Positions 50,601 through 60,959 of a stretch of DNA of 64,000 bases are shown here, one piece after another. This DNA comes from Botryllus schlosseri (Eukaryota): assembly GCA_051294905.1 (NCBI GenBank), contig CM119372.1:7690001-7754000 (forward strand). Reading direction: 5' to 3'. How positions within the stretch are numbered: the stretch's first letter is position 1; the number at the start of each line of letters is the position of its first letter. A program made the translations under genes and the position numbers. The notes below the pieces were generated by a model, which ran no database searches, was not told the origin of the DNA, and saw nothing but the letters and a program-made list of their open reading frames with translations.

Positions 50601-51105
50601 AAAGTGAATCTCATTTGTATTTGTATTTTGTACATTCACAAGACCAAAGCTCAAAACCATTTAGCAAATACTTCCAAGCTATTTCAAAGGTGACACAGCA
50701 CGAAACATATTGAAGCAAGCCTTGCAAGTCATAGAAGATCCAACTAGATGTCAGAAGGTCTATCGGAGCCTTGGGTACGATCCCAATTACAATACCTGCT
50801 CAAAAAAATCGGAAGGCAACACCGTCGATATGCAGTGCCGAGTATGTAGTGTCTTGACTGAGAAATTTTTTGAAATTATAACGCTACATTCATCTCAACA
50901 GGGAGATTCCGGAGGGCCTCTGGTGTGCTTTGAAAACAACAAGTGGGTGTTGTACGGCGTTGCGAATTACGGCCCCAGGGATTGCGAGAAAGGAGGAAAC
51001 GGCGTTTTCTTGCTCGTACCTAGTGTTATGGAGTGGATTTGCTGTTATATTTCAACTAAACTAGTCCCGTGCACCAACACAATATGCAATACAAAGCTAA
51101 CTTGA
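23691..51105 (+). CDS. Predicted multi-exon type II transmembrane mosaic serine protease (cytoplasmic tail-TM-SEA-LCCL-SEA-vWA-S1 protease), ~1,280-1,320 aa. Exons: 23691-23947, 25319-25497, 25777-25828, 25959-26227, 26524-26631, 27363-27439, 28045-28143, 28202-28267 (or -28390), 29241-29418, 30954-31123, 33448-33571, 33634-33726, 33803-33909, 35456-35617, 35678-35789, 37048-37129, 37202-37313, 40549-40737, 43837-44000, 44064-44174, 46255-46322, 47262-47351, 48939-49085, 49167-49353, 49565-49721, 49784-49898, 50690-50841, 50902-51105
   Basis: Hand-assembled chain of GT-AG exons with matching phases and no internal stop. Kozak-like gaagccATGg at 23691. The part from the TM exon to the stop is supported by domain motifs; the four N-terminal exons rest on phase and splice signals only. 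Confidence 0.7.
24903..25235. mobile_element. hAT MITE, TAGGGTTACCATA family (reverse orientation)
   Basis: Ends ATATGGTAACCCTA; perfect TSD ATATAGCA. Confidence 0.85.
26524..26631 (+). CDS. Exon encoding the type II signal-anchor TM segment of the mosaic protease
   Basis: ttctttacag|...|gtatgc, phase 1-1. Translates SSVKRNEKGICTVLRVIAVMSFCACAAGVTFLAIAL(G): basic residues then a hydrophobic run. Confidence 0.65.
27363..29418 (+). CDS. SEA-like domain 1 exons of the mosaic protease
   Basis: RQFLFTLQ|VQEIDNADTEWSSDLNQLDSPKARNIIDALSPK|IREAFDSEG...NVIRILFET. Resembles the SEA pattern F..t..I.N..w..dL.d..S.....l...l...l...f. Confidence 0.55.
29565..30138. mobile_element. Foldback/MULE-like MITE, almost entirely palindromic
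   Basis: ~265-bp inverted arms (atagataactaacctacggatag... / ...ctatccgtaggttagttatctat); 9-bp duplication ACAGTAAGT at 29556-29564 and 30139-30147. Confidence 0.85.
30954..33571 (+). CDS. LCCL domain exons (30954-31123 and 33448-33571)
   Basis: IDCYRTG...VICPPKCRDVKNGVVIGTDWYYISSMICLAAIHSHLIE|NDAGGSVEY..GNAFLFPGSTKNEVTSTSL..GRRF. Matches the LCCL consensus CP..C....V.GT..Y...S.IC.AAIH.G.I...GG.V....Y.GS..NG..S. Confidence 0.85.
31549..33210. mobile_element. hAT (Charlie-like) element containing nested fragments (a relative of 8404-9735 from ~31734; a LINE-like 3' end with (CAAT)n at ~32480)
   Basis: CAGTGGTCGGGAACC / GGTTCCCGACCACTG; perfect TSD CACTATAC. Confidence 0.88.
33803..35789 (+). 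CDS. SEA-like domain 2 exons, after a Thr/Pro-rich linker exon (33634-33726)
   Basis: LTYTLSLSYSSVLKGKMTALLQNK|...FRVEKIRVSNFQPDTGTAIALRFSFEM. SEA-like beta/alpha pattern by eye only. Confidence 0.45.
34810..35263 (+). mobile_element. 5'-truncated R4/Dong-like non-LTR retrotransposon (restriction-like endonuclease C-terminus)
   Basis: MWRCKINIVPIVIGATGVV..L...IQKITLLCTVHILRKAL. Flanked by (TAA)n at 34791-34809 and a (TAA)n tail at ~35250-35263. Confidence 0.75.
36600..36925. mobile_element. MITE with inverted arrays of the ~17-bp unit ACCGAGAATGGACATT
   Basis: gtccggtcaataccgagaa ... attctcggtaatagtatggaaac; family copies at 37585-38287 and 44700-44865. Confidence 0.75.
37202..44174 (+). 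CDS. von Willebrand factor A domain exons (37202-37313, 40549-40737, 43837-44000, 44064-44174)
   Basis: CTDVFFVVETS (cf. DivFllDxS), NIRFGIAV, AGTDT (cf. GgTnT), RDKLLVIYSES (cf. KvlvviTDG), KTLKSKSVKILSVG, YVSSPTQDF..SVTDLKEL. Confidence 0.8.
37585..38287. repeat. Expanded copy of the same MITE with long inverted tandem arrays of (ACCGAGAATGGACATT)n
   Basis: Direct array 37598-37790 and complementary array 37930-38275. Confidence 0.85.
38528..40145. mobile_element. hAT-like element with internal ~325-bp tandem duplications
   Basis: CAGGGCCGTAAC / GTTACGGTGCTG; perfect TSD TCTAGATA. Near-identical units at ~38710-39035 and 39035-39360, partial third to ~39550. Confidence 0.85.
40905..41576. 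mobile_element. hAT MITE, TAGGGTTACCATA family, with an internal insertion
   Basis: CAGGGTTACCATAT / ATATGGTAACCCTA; perfect TSD TGATATTG. Confidence 0.85.
42499..42867. mobile_element. hAT MITE, TAGGGTTACCATA family, nested in a CAGAGGTGG-family element (~42020-43051)
   Basis: Perfect TSD TATTGAGG. The host matches the reverse complement of 59608-60250. Confidence 0.88.
43197..43729. mobile_element. Foldback/MULE-like palindromic MITE related to 29565-30138
   Basis: ~230-bp inverted arms; shared internal motif gattccgaaaatata.attaaaat..aatcagg; imperfect 9-bp flank catttcact/aatttcaca. Confidence 0.8.
46724..47234. mobile_element. Palindromic MITE with long TIRs
   Basis: TAGGGCTCTTCAAAAATGAC / GTCATTTTTGAAGAGCCCTA with ~165-bp arms plus an inner hairpin at 46884-46969. 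Partial relatives near 12226-12420. Confidence 0.85.
47813..48170 (-). mobile_element. L2/CR1-like LINE 3' end with (ATTG)n tail
   Basis: Near-identical to 60960-61300. Confidence 0.8.
48430..48856. mobile_element. Partial hAT element of the CAGAGGTGGTCAGTAAC family
   Basis: Ends gttactgaccacctctg; reverse complement of 59608-60050. Confidence 0.75.
48939..51105 (+). CDS. S1 (trypsin/chymotrypsin-fold) serine protease domain exons
   Basis: ECG..K|IVGG activation site created by splicing 49085->49167; WPW, CGGTIISSEWVVTAAHC (His), FDVALL (Asp), PACLP, CVVAGWG, GDSGGPLVC (Ser); stop at 51105. Confidence 0.95.
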
Positions 51106-51367
51106 GCAGGTGCTGACATCATTGACTATATTGCTGTTGAAGACGAAGTTCAAAGTCACCCGCCAATGTACAGTACAATGTACAGTACAGCCGTACAGGC
51201 ATTGACAGCGATAAGCACACACAACATAATCCGAAACACAAAATAGCCGATATACTAAAAGGAATGGAATTGCCGTCGCAGCCATACTGTTACATAGATC
51301 TATACAAGCGCATTCAGCGATTCTTGACAACAGTTCAGGAACACCAGTTTCCAAATGCAAACTATGC

Positions 51368-53962
51368 TCAAGACACCGCGGATAATATAACTTGCGCAGC
51401 AATCTCTCCATTGCTACGCACAGTCAATTGCATCGTCACTCCGTCTCTGAGCACAAGCCTGGCCCTGGCCAGTACTTCAAATCCGCCCCGGTACGTCCCC
51501 GATAGATACAGCGTGTGAGATGACTTTCCTTCCGGGACCTTGTCCGACCTCTCGCACGCTTGCATTCCGAGGTATTTTGTAATATTCTGCACCGCTTCCT
51601 GCAACGTCTTCATCGACGATAGCGCGTATGTCTCTTCCAATTCAAAACCGTCCTCCAATTCATCCCAGGCTGCGCTGAAATTAGACTTCAACGTTTTTTG
51701 CACGTGGTCAGCGACAGTGACGTCAATATCTTCTATCTGATAACTTTCTTCGTATCCTTCCTCGTCTGTTTCGGACGTGTTAGGATCGCAGTCCTTGATC
51801 ATCGCCTTCATCGTGCAGCCGAGAGTCGTGGTTACTTCTGCGTCGTCGTCATCAGGAACCGACACACAGGCATATGTAATTCCAGGCTCGTTATATTTGA
51901 GCACGGGACAAGGGACGTACGCGATCACGTCAAATCCGTCGCTTGGCTCAATCTGCACCGTTACATCCTCCAAGACTTGGTCGTTCAACGTGTTGACGCA
52001 GTCAAACTGAAACACCATATGCTTTTCGAACGTGTGTTTCACACAAGATATCACGTATTCCGTTTCAGGCTCTGTAAGCTCGACTGGTTTTGACGATTTG
52101 AAAAGCGGCCCCAGTATTGAAAACTCTGTGATGCGAGACAGCTGTTCTGCGTAAATCTCTTGTCTCGACGCTTTCGGCTTTTCGTTGATAGTAGCTTTCT
52201 TCTCCTGATCACGTTTAGCAGGGGCTGTCGTCAGCGGCACCATCTTCAAGCTGAACGGCTCATCCGGCAATTCTTTCGTGTACTGATTCAGACATTGTTC
52301 TAACGAAGGGATCGGCACGATAAGTCCGCTCAAAATGTACGTCGTATTCAATTTCTTGTCCTTCTGCAGCAAAATATTGTAGAAAAACGTGGCTCTATCT
52401 CTCACTTCATCATCGTCATCGAGCATGGATCGTCCCAGAAGTATAAGCACACTGGCCAAAAGCTCATCGGAACTCGCCCCAAATTTAGCGAGCGCAGTAA
52501 CAGCCGCAGCCCGCACCGCTTCATTCTCCAGAATAATACGGTTGTATATGAACCTGATGTATTTCGACGGGTTACTGGTCGCGGGCCCCTCTGCTCCAAG
52601 AAGATTGATGATTTTCGTTGCCAGCACGGTATGTTCACAATCCTCGATGAATTCACAAAGATGTTCCAATCCCACCTCTTTCGATTCTGGGCTTTCTTCT
52701 ATGATGCTAATGATGCAATCGACGATCGATTTTTGGTAGTCAAACCCACCGTCTCGTAACATAGAAGAAAGGTAATTCATCATAGTAGAATGCTGCCGGG
52801 GGTACTTTTGGCAAAGAGCAGAAATAGCCTGAACCACCACGACTTTGAATTCTTCCGAAATCTCAGACATGAAGGAGCTAATCTGTTTCATCAGCCTGTC
52901 AACACTGCTTTCGGTGCCGGTTTTCAAAAGCGTTGTAATCGCCAATGTCGCAATGCTGCGATTTACATCGGTAATGAGATTTTCCAAATCGAGGTTGCAC
53001 GCTATAACAGCAGACGGATGTTTGATAGCAACTTTATTCAACGTTCTCACACCTGCGTAACGAAACGATGCTTTCGGCGAGCTCAAGAATAGCTGAAGAA
53101 CGGAAACAGCAGGGGCTAATTCACGGGCCGTACAATTTGGCATATTGACGATAGCAGACGCCGCTTCATAGATAACAATTTCATTTTTGTTTCGAAGACA
53201 TCCCTCTATGAAATCAAAAAGTGGGCTGTCATGGCCCGCGTCATTTTCCTCCAGCAATTTACTAGCGATGCGGATCAGCAGGCAGTACGCAAACGGGGAC
53301 TTCAGTCCACCTTTCATCAATTTGGTCACCATTTTCGACGTCCCCAGTCGGTCACTTTTTCTCAAGTAGTACAGCAAACCGAGGGCGTGATATTGCACCA
53401 TGATATTGTCACTCATGCAAGCCTCTTGTGCCTCATTTGCCCATCTTTTGACAACATCAGGAGCTTTATTGGCTAAATGACTGGATGAAACTAGAGCAGC
53501 ACTTGATACAGAATGCACTTTATCCACGATTGCCTGCTTCATGTAACGCTCGATCCCTTGCAACGTGCTTACATCAGTGATGGCGCATAGCGCCCTCACA
53601 GCAGCTGCCCTGAACATATCTTCTCTGCCGTTCATGTCCTTGGTCAAACTTTGTGTCACAATAAAAGCATTTTCGGTCATATTTGCCATTGCTTTGATGG
53701 TCAAATAGCACATTCGTCTCATTACAACATCATTGCATTGAAATAACTTGGTCATTGCAAAGAATGTGTCGGTCGCTTCATTTGTCGTGAAATTTTCACC
53801 CTTGTTAATCAGATATAGAATTTTCGTTAGAATTTCACAACATCTTCTTGCATTGATTGGAGTTTGATGAAATACCCTGGCCTCTTGTAAAACCGCAGAC
53901 CGATCCATCGATGAGAATGGATTAACACCACCCAGTTCATCGTCTTTCTTGTCACGTCGCAT
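51368..53962 (-). CDS. COPG: Coatomer subunit gamma (COPI), intronless CDS, 864 aa from the ATG at 53962
   Basis: [74 protein letters not shown], and C-terminal MQLTVRS. The ORF track's extra 21 N-terminal residues start from a non-ATG codon. Confidence 0.97.
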   Translation of the reverse strand: MRRDKKDDELGGVNPFSSMDRSAVLQEARVFHQTPINARRCCEILTKILYLINKGENFTTNEATDTFFAMTKLFQCNDVVMRRMCYLTIKAMANMTENAFIVTQSLTKDMNGREDMFRAAAVRALCAITDVSTLQGIERYMKQAIVDKVHSVSSAALVSSSHLANKAPDVVKRWANEAQEACMSDNIMVQYHALGLLYYLRKSDRLGTSKMVTKLMKGGLKSPFAYCLLIRIASKLLEENDAGHDSPLFDFIEGCLRNKNEIVIYEAASAIVNMPNCTARELAPAVSVLQLFLSSPKASFRYAGVRTLNKVAIKHPSAVIACNLDLENLITDVNRSIATLAITTLLKTGTESSVDRLMKQISSFMSEISEEFKVVVVQAISALCQKYPRQHSTMMNYLSSMLRDGGFDYQKSIVDCIISIIEESPESKEVGLEHLCEFIEDCEHTVLATKIINLLGAEGPATSNPSKYIRFIYNRIILENEAVRAAAVTALAKFGASSDELLASVLILLGRSMLDDDDEVRDRATFFYNILLQKDKKLNTTYILSGLIVPIPSLEQCLNQYTKELPDEPFSLKMVPLTTAPAKRDQEKKATINEKPKASRQEIYAEQLSRITEFSILGPLFKSSKPVELTEPETEYVISCVKHTFEKHMVFQFDCVNTLNDQVLEDVTVQIEPSDGFDVIAYVPCPVLKYNEPGITYACVSVPDDDDAEVTTTLGCTMKAMIKDCDPNTSETDEEGYEESYQIEDIDVTVADHVQKTLKSNFSAAWDELEDGFELEETYALSSMKTLQEAVQNITKYLGMQACERSDKVPEGKSSHTLYLSGTYRGGFEVLARARLVLRDGVTMQLTVRSNGEIAAQVILSAVS

Positions 53963-55949
53963 GATCAGAAAATAAACTATCAAATTCGAGTATATGCTTA
54001 GAAAGATTTGGTCAGTATTATACACAAGTACCAGTAAAAAGGTATTAATTTCAAAACAAATAATAGATATGGAACAAGCGGAGAAAAATGAGCCATCCGA
54101 CTGCGTATAATGTCATATCGGTAATTTTAATTGTTCAAAAAAGCATTCCAATCAAAACACATCAAATCTAAATATCGGATATCAAAGTGCATCAAGGGGA
54201 GTGTAGCGGCTTCAAAACACAACATGGTATGAAAAAGAACAGCTATAGTAAATCTATCAAAGTATATGCATGTTTAAAATTGCAAAGAAATAAGATGTAT
54301 CTTTGGGGTCCCTAGGCTATCCAGTGGATCAAGTAGATGAACCACAAAAGCTAAAGATTTGAGCATTCCAGAGTAGGCAGCATTAAATCAATTAATATAG
54401 CAAGTTTCTCTACTACGGCCTGATTGGAATCGCTGGCCTTTTTGACTGTTATATCAGGTGAGCAGCGATGATTTTCCAAGTTAAACTAATTTAATGAAAA
54501 ATATTTGAAAAATAAAACATAGTCAGCACAGGACACCGATTCCATACAGGTACTACGGTATAATATAATAAACACTCATGAATCGTACCTATTCAAGTCT
54601 CGTATGAAGACTATAGTTGTGCAATGTGCATTGACTACTCCCTGCCGATTCCAGCTCAAATATCCCTTCTCTTCGAATCCAAGAACTAGTTTTAATATTT
54701 TTCAGCATAGGCCTAATCACTCAGACGTGATTAGACGCACTCATGCACAATGAGCGTTTCCACTCGAAAATGAATGTCAGAGTTGTTTGACAAAGCATTA
54801 AGTGGCTGCCTATCTGCGAAGGATCAATACTGGTTAGGATCTTTTACTCCAAACCAGGAACCGCTTAACCTAGCCCGAGAATGTATCAAGTTTCGTGGGG
54901 AATAACAGTCGGGAGTCGGCGATCACGGAAATTGAAACACATAAGATTTTTACACATTCATTGTTCAGGGGCATAAACTGAAGCGCCGATATCTGGCAGT
55001 TGTAATATCGGCATTTGTGCAGATATTTACCCAGCTAAAACGTTCAGAAAGAAGTGAAGCACCTCCTTACCCTTTTGTAAAGCTGACAATGCTCCTATTT
55101 TGTTAGCTTCGACAGAGGACAGTCTACGATCTATTACTATTGCCTATTGAAAACTCAGTATGCATTCATAGAATAGGTTGCATGTAGATTCTGGTTTGAA
55201 GGTACCGTAAACTGTAATATAATTGAATGTATGGAACTACAATTATCATATCAGACGGACTCGAAAGAAAGAGGGACTACCGGTATTCCTAGCTAATGTC
55301 CTCATGACATCACGAACTTTATAATATAGACTCTAGCCTGAATTCCTCCACGATAGTATCTGGCCTACGTGTGTGAACTGGACTATCGACGTTTGCGAAC
55401 CACATGCCGCAACCGCTTTGCAACGGTGGCTACAGTCAAATTCTAAAATTCAGAAAAGCAGCTTCACAATCCCAACCTAGCTGAATATCGACTCGACGAA
55501 AGAAACCCGCAATGAGCCACATACACGTGGAAGTCGTTACAACGAAAAGAATTGCTCAAGAATCATGAAAAACGGATCACAATGCCATTCTGAGACTAGA
55601 AGGGAAGTATCGAATGTATTCATTTGATACTGGAGCTCTTGACTTGTTCTACGTCTCTACACCACAACATCAAACACGAATCACGATTCACAATGAAATG
55701 AAATCAACGATCAAAAAAACGACTAAACACCAATGGGTTGAGGGTTGAGTCCGATTCCCTTACCTTGGAGGTTTACCTACATTACATTCGAAGGAAAAGC
55801 TCTTCCGCATAACCTGTGTCTTACAAAAGTCTTGATTGATATGGGACCACGTTACAAGTCAGCAGGTCAGGAGTCATACTGATCAAAAATATCGGTCTGG
55901 TGTAAAGTGACAATAGATGCCGAAATACCATGAATATATATATCGATAT

Positions 55950-57070
55950 ATGTCAACGACATTTTTGAAACCTCCTCATTGAACACCACACTGTTCGCTG
56001 ATGATACTCACCTCCTCTCTTCCGCATCTTCGACGGCAGAGCTGGATGCCCTGACTGGTGACCAAATGCCCAAAGTCCATGAGTGGACGGCCCAGAACAA
56101 CCTTTGCATAAACGCCTCGAAATCGCAATTGCTGACAGTTAATTCAAAAAATAACCTAACCGTTAATATCGCTGGTCAGCCCGTTTCCAACACAGATAAT
56201 GCCAAATATCTCGGAGTTTTACTGGACTCGAACATGTCCTGGAAGAGTCATATTCAGTCCCTAGAAACTAAATTATCACCGAAGTGCGGCCTGTTCTACA
56301 GCCTTGGGCGCTTCATGCCAGCATGGGTTCTTCTGATACTCTTTAAATCCGTAATCCAATCGAAGCTACATTATGGCATCCTCTGTTGGGGGGCTGCCAG
56401 TAAAACTGCACTCAAGCCACTGCAGAAACTACAGCATAAAGTGCTCCGAATCATAGCTAGGGCCCCAAAGGGGCCTGGCTGCCCATCCAATAAGTCGCTG
56501 CTGAAGAGATTCGGCGTCCTAAACATAGAAGATATGCGGAAACTAGAAATCGCCAAGTTTATGTATCAGTTTCACTGCGGTCGTTGCCCCGAATATTTCA
56601 ATGACTTCTTTACCTCTGAATCAAAAGCGCACAAGTACAACACACGCGCGTCCACGTCGTCCAAATATCATATGATCGACCGAAAAGATCATCGCTCCAT
56701 CAAATACGCCGGACCTGATGTGTGGAACAGTATCCCGCCGGCCATCCGACAGTCGACGAGCATGTCCACATTCAAGTCGAAATACAAGGAATTACTACTA
56801 AATAAGTACAGTCCATCCTCAAGATTACCGGACCACGACTGACCTATCGATCTCGCTTCCCATGACATGCCGCCCTATTTCTTGTCGCATTCTTCTTCCA
56901 TACTATCTTCTTTACTTTCATTCAGTGTGCATGCCTCCTCTTTACATCGCCTAGGCCAAGGAGGGTGTCAGATTCCATAGACTACTCCTTGTCGCTTCGA
57001 CATCTTCCTGTCTTTTCATTGTATCGCATTTTTGTGGTGTATTGAACTGATAAAATTGCTAATAAACCAA
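55950..57070 (+). mobile_element. 5'-truncated L2/CR1-clade LINE: RT C-terminus (ORF 55979-56842) plus 3' UTR
   Basis: IYVND..LFADD, KYLGVLLDSNMSWKSHI, YGILCWG, LQKLQHK.LR, YAGPDVWNSIP..IR...S..FK..YK. Further 3' fragments at ~24160-24290, 27890-28030, 34240-34510, 45740-45900. Confidence 0.9.
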
Positions 57071-57286
57071 TAATTATGCTAACGCAACGCGCTTTAACGT
57101 AATCGTCAGGTTGTATATCTTTTTTTCGCCCATTAGCCTACACAGATAATGTAGTCTACGATGCGATACACAAGACGATGCAATAAACAGATAGGATGGC
57201 AGTCTCTTTGACTTCAAGTTCAAATTTAGGGCCCGATGTTAACTTTTCAATAGTAATTCTTTTTTGATTGTCATTATCATTTAGAC

Positions 57287-59110
57287 CAGTGATTCATAAT
57301 TGCGGCTCCCAGATAGCCTTTTCGCGGCTCTCATTGACGTTTGAAAATCCCTTAAAAATATTTAAAAAATAGTTTTACAAGAAAACAGTAAAATTCATAG
57401 TAAAAAATTACCCTTGCTTGGTAACTATACTCTGTCGCGCTTGACAACTCGAAAGATCTTACCAGGACGGAGCAATTAGCTGTGTTTATTAGGGAGTCAT
57501 GCCGGATATTACGATTTGTGAAGAATATATCACTTTGCGTTCTATTCATGGCTCAACTAAAGGAAGAGATATATTTCGTGCCACTCTAGAAGAAGCACAG
57601 TTGCATCCATCAAAGTTGGTTGGAGTGGCAACGGATGGTTGTCCTTCCATGCTTAGAGCAAATCAACGGCTCATCAATAAATGGAGAGACGAGTAGTATC
57701 TTGCTCCGGAGACGTGGCCTCATTGCATTTTACACCTAAGTCACTCAACATGGGATATGGATGTGGTGACAACAACAACAGTAAACTGTATTAGAATAAA
57801 CGCACTTTAGCATCGTAAATTCTTCTTTCAATCGAACTCTACAAGGCACCAAAAAGCTTGTATATTACAGCAACTGCATTAATTAATAAGCTTTTGTCTT
57901 TGGAATGCGCAGCTTGCAGGTGCGGGCGTTTCAACACATTTTCCAACGCTATCTGACCACCAAACCAATTAAAGTATCAATTGATGCATACAACAGGCGT
58001 AGCAGCAACTTGAGTGATGAGTTCAACCGCCGCATTGACGAAATGAATGCTTTTTGCTCATGATGAAAATGTTTTCAAACCCTGTTGCAGTTAAAAGCTG
58101 TAAACCAATTGTTGGGTTGACTCGAGTCATTACTTGACTCGAGTCAGACTCGAGTCAACATTTTCGTATGACTTGACTTGACTCGAGTCACTTTGTAAAA
58201 ATGACTTGACTTGACTTGACTCGGGGCTTGAAAAATGTGCATTGACTCGTGACTCGGAGCAACATTTACGAGTCAATTTCAAGTCATCAAGTAATCGCTG
58301 TCGATTAAATCACTCGATCTTCTGTGTGTTCGGATTGTTCGAGATACGCCGGTGTCACTTGTGAGAGCAACCATAGTGAGTCACTGATTCTACTTTACAC
58401 TGATCCTCCATTGCTGCATCACAAATAAATTGACCGCGAACAAAACTATCACAGCTTACGTTGCCGTAGTAGTACATCAATCAATCTAATAGCAACGTGT
58501 ATCTGTTTCTTAGACGGCTCAATGCTCAAGTTGCGCAGTGCTTATACCTTTACCAACCCTTTTGTATGATTTAAGTAGAACAAATATAGTCTGTGCGTTT
58601 ATATTCTCACGGATGTGTACATGGGTGGTGTAGGCTATTGTACCATATAAATTTGTTTCAACCTCTCGCTGTATTAGGTTCTATATCAATCACGTGTTTT
58701 ATTAGCAGTTCTACGAGTGCGTAAGCGATACAACGCCTTTTTGCATGCATATTTAACTTCATGTTCGTTATTTGATTCAAGATAAATGTCCAATTAATCT
58801 GTCTTTCACACAGCTATCAAAATGTATAGTGACTTTGAATCATCTCTCATACGTCGAAAATTCAATTTGACTTGAATTGTGACTTGACTCGTGACTTGAC
58901 TTGACTTGACTCGACTCGACTTGATTCGAGTCATCTCCAAAAAATGAGTGACTTGACTTGACTCGAGTCACCTTCGAAAATCGATTGACTTGACTTGACT
59001 CGAGTCAAAATGTGCAATGACTCGAGATGACTCGTGACTCGAAGGCAGTGACTTGATCCCAACACTGTGTAACCGAGAGACACTTCTTGGAAAACGGCGA
59101 AATGAGGTTT
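57287..59110 (+). pseudogene. Degenerate hAT (Charlie/SPIN, GTF2IRD2-like) transposase relic, interrupted by a MITE at 58106-59067
   Basis: YSVALDNSKDLTRTEQLAVFIR (cf. DEStD..dtaQLavFiR), GSTKGRDIF, KLVGVATDGCPSM, HCILH; multiple stops and frameshifts. Right boundary approximate. Confidence 0.7.
58106..59067. mobile_element. hAT MITE, second copy of 20979-21950
   Basis: Collinear with the first copy; ends ATCCCAACACTG; imperfect flank tgtaaac/tgtaacc. Confidence 0.85.
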
Positions 59111-59251
59111 CTCAACAATTACCGTATAAGCAAGTATAGCCATATTACCACGTGAATAGAATTTTCGGAAACGTTTTTGTATGTGTACCGCGAATAACTT
59201 AGCCTATATATCTTTATCTGAATAGTATATATTCATATGGCAAATAACCTA

Positions 59252-59579
59252 TAGGGTTACCATATTTTGGAAATCTGAAAAGATGACACTTTTTCAAAAT
59301 TTTCAGACTTGTAATACCGGAGGAAAATCCTGAAAATATGGTAAATTTCTCCTACTGCGTGGTCGGTAGACTAATTAAAAGTCAGCTTCCCGGCTCAGCT
59401 CCCGAAATAGCCGCTGGAGCGTTACTTCGGTGCTGATTTACTGTATCTCAGTCGAGTTTTGCCCTATATTTAACCAAAATTCTCAAAGAAAAGGACAAAA
59501 ACTCAAAAAAAGAGGACATTTGGGCGTCCTCCGAGGACAGTTTCAAAAAAGTCATCAAAGAGGACGTATGGTAATCCTA
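59252..59579. mobile_element. hAT MITE, TAGGGTTACCATA family
   Basis: TAGGGTTACCATAT / TATGGTAATCCTA; TSD not clear. Confidence 0.8.
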
Positions 59580-59607
59580 AATCAACCGGAACGTTTTCAG
59601 TTGGCAC

Positions 59608-60855
59608 CAGAGGTGGTCAGTAACGATCGAAGTATCTTTACTTTTGAAGTACTCAAGTAGTTTTCCGCTACTTGAGCACTTACTCAAGTAGATCTAATAT
59701 CCCGCTACTTCTACTTCGTAATATTTTGTGATCTACATACTTACTTTTCGCTATTTTCAGTTTGTCAAGTAGGAGTAATTTAATCATCCAATCAGAAAGA
59801 TAGCCTGAGGAATTTCGGGGCTGTTTTCACGGAGTATCAACATTTAATTTTCATAAAAGTTGAGTTAAGCTCAGAATTTTCGTCGCGCTTCGCGCACAGC
59901 AGACTAATATGATTTCACGAACGTATCGGTGAATATAATCTAGGTAGCGGGTTGCGTGGTTCCGTTCACACCGCATTGTCGCCCATATGAAATATTTCGT
60001 AACAGTAAATATAGCCCATCATGGCGTTTGAAAATACCATTTCGCAATCTAGCATTTACCTATCATGTCGTAATCTAGCAACCCATGACGTGTCCTAATC
60101 CGGACAAGTGAACTCCGAGTTTTTCTTAGCTTTACACCTGTTTTAGCAGACCACTCTTGAAACGTTCTCGACAAAAGACATGAAATATATTTTCCGCTTT
60201 TATGAAGTAGTGTTTATATTTCTCTTTCAATTCCCAGTATCATACTTTGAGTTCTAATCAGTTTTAGTTGTTTTGTCTCGAGAACATATATGTCGGAGTA
60301 TAGAAGCAAGTCTAGTATTGCCTCTATTTTTCGAAAATAAAGCTACACTAGATGGCATCTCTACGACCAGCCATATTTTTTATTAACGTTTACTAATCGC
60401 GCAAAGTGTTATCACCGTATCCGATACTACTTCAACGTGTTGCTCTTCGACCAAACTGCGGGCTTGGGGAAGGGCGCCATAACCTGATATTTTATAAATC
60501 GGGGTGTTCAAGTAAACAGAGGATTAGTATCGCATTCCCATATCAATGATATCATTTTCATCCCATGATGCGGACAAATGCACTGTCGAAATTTGATACC
60601 TTCTGTGATGCATCATATGAATCAAGCTCCGCACCTTTCGCAGAGCTCAATTTGCAGCTTTTTAACAGTCTATGCGAACTCATTACGATCGTTTACATAA
60701 CTACTTACTTATACTTGAATATATTTAAAGTCATTCAATTCTACTTTTACTTCAAGTAGTTTTGTGCTGATTTTAAAAGGATCGTACTTGAGTAGATTTT
60801 TGCGTCGCTACTTCTACTTCTACTTGAGTATAACTTGACTACTTGACCACCTCTG
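59608..60855. mobile_element. hAT non-autonomous element, CAGAGGTGGTCA family
   Basis: CAGAGGTGGTCA / TGACCACCTCTG; TSD GTTGGCAC/GTTGACAC. Confidence 0.85.
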
Positions 60856-60959
60856 GTTGACACTCGTCCATTTCAATTTCAATATACTATTAAATTGCAT
60901 AATGAAGTTCTGTACCTCCAAGAATCTCTTCAGATCTTTATGTATAGCGTTGCACGATA

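Noticed and set aside
51540..53476. Several plus-strand ORFs opposite COPG
   Set aside because: Antisense shadows of a long coding sequence with no recognisable motifs.
53963..54025. N-terminal extension of COPG in the ORF track
   Set aside because: Non-ATG start; the conserved N-terminus begins at MRRDKK (53962).
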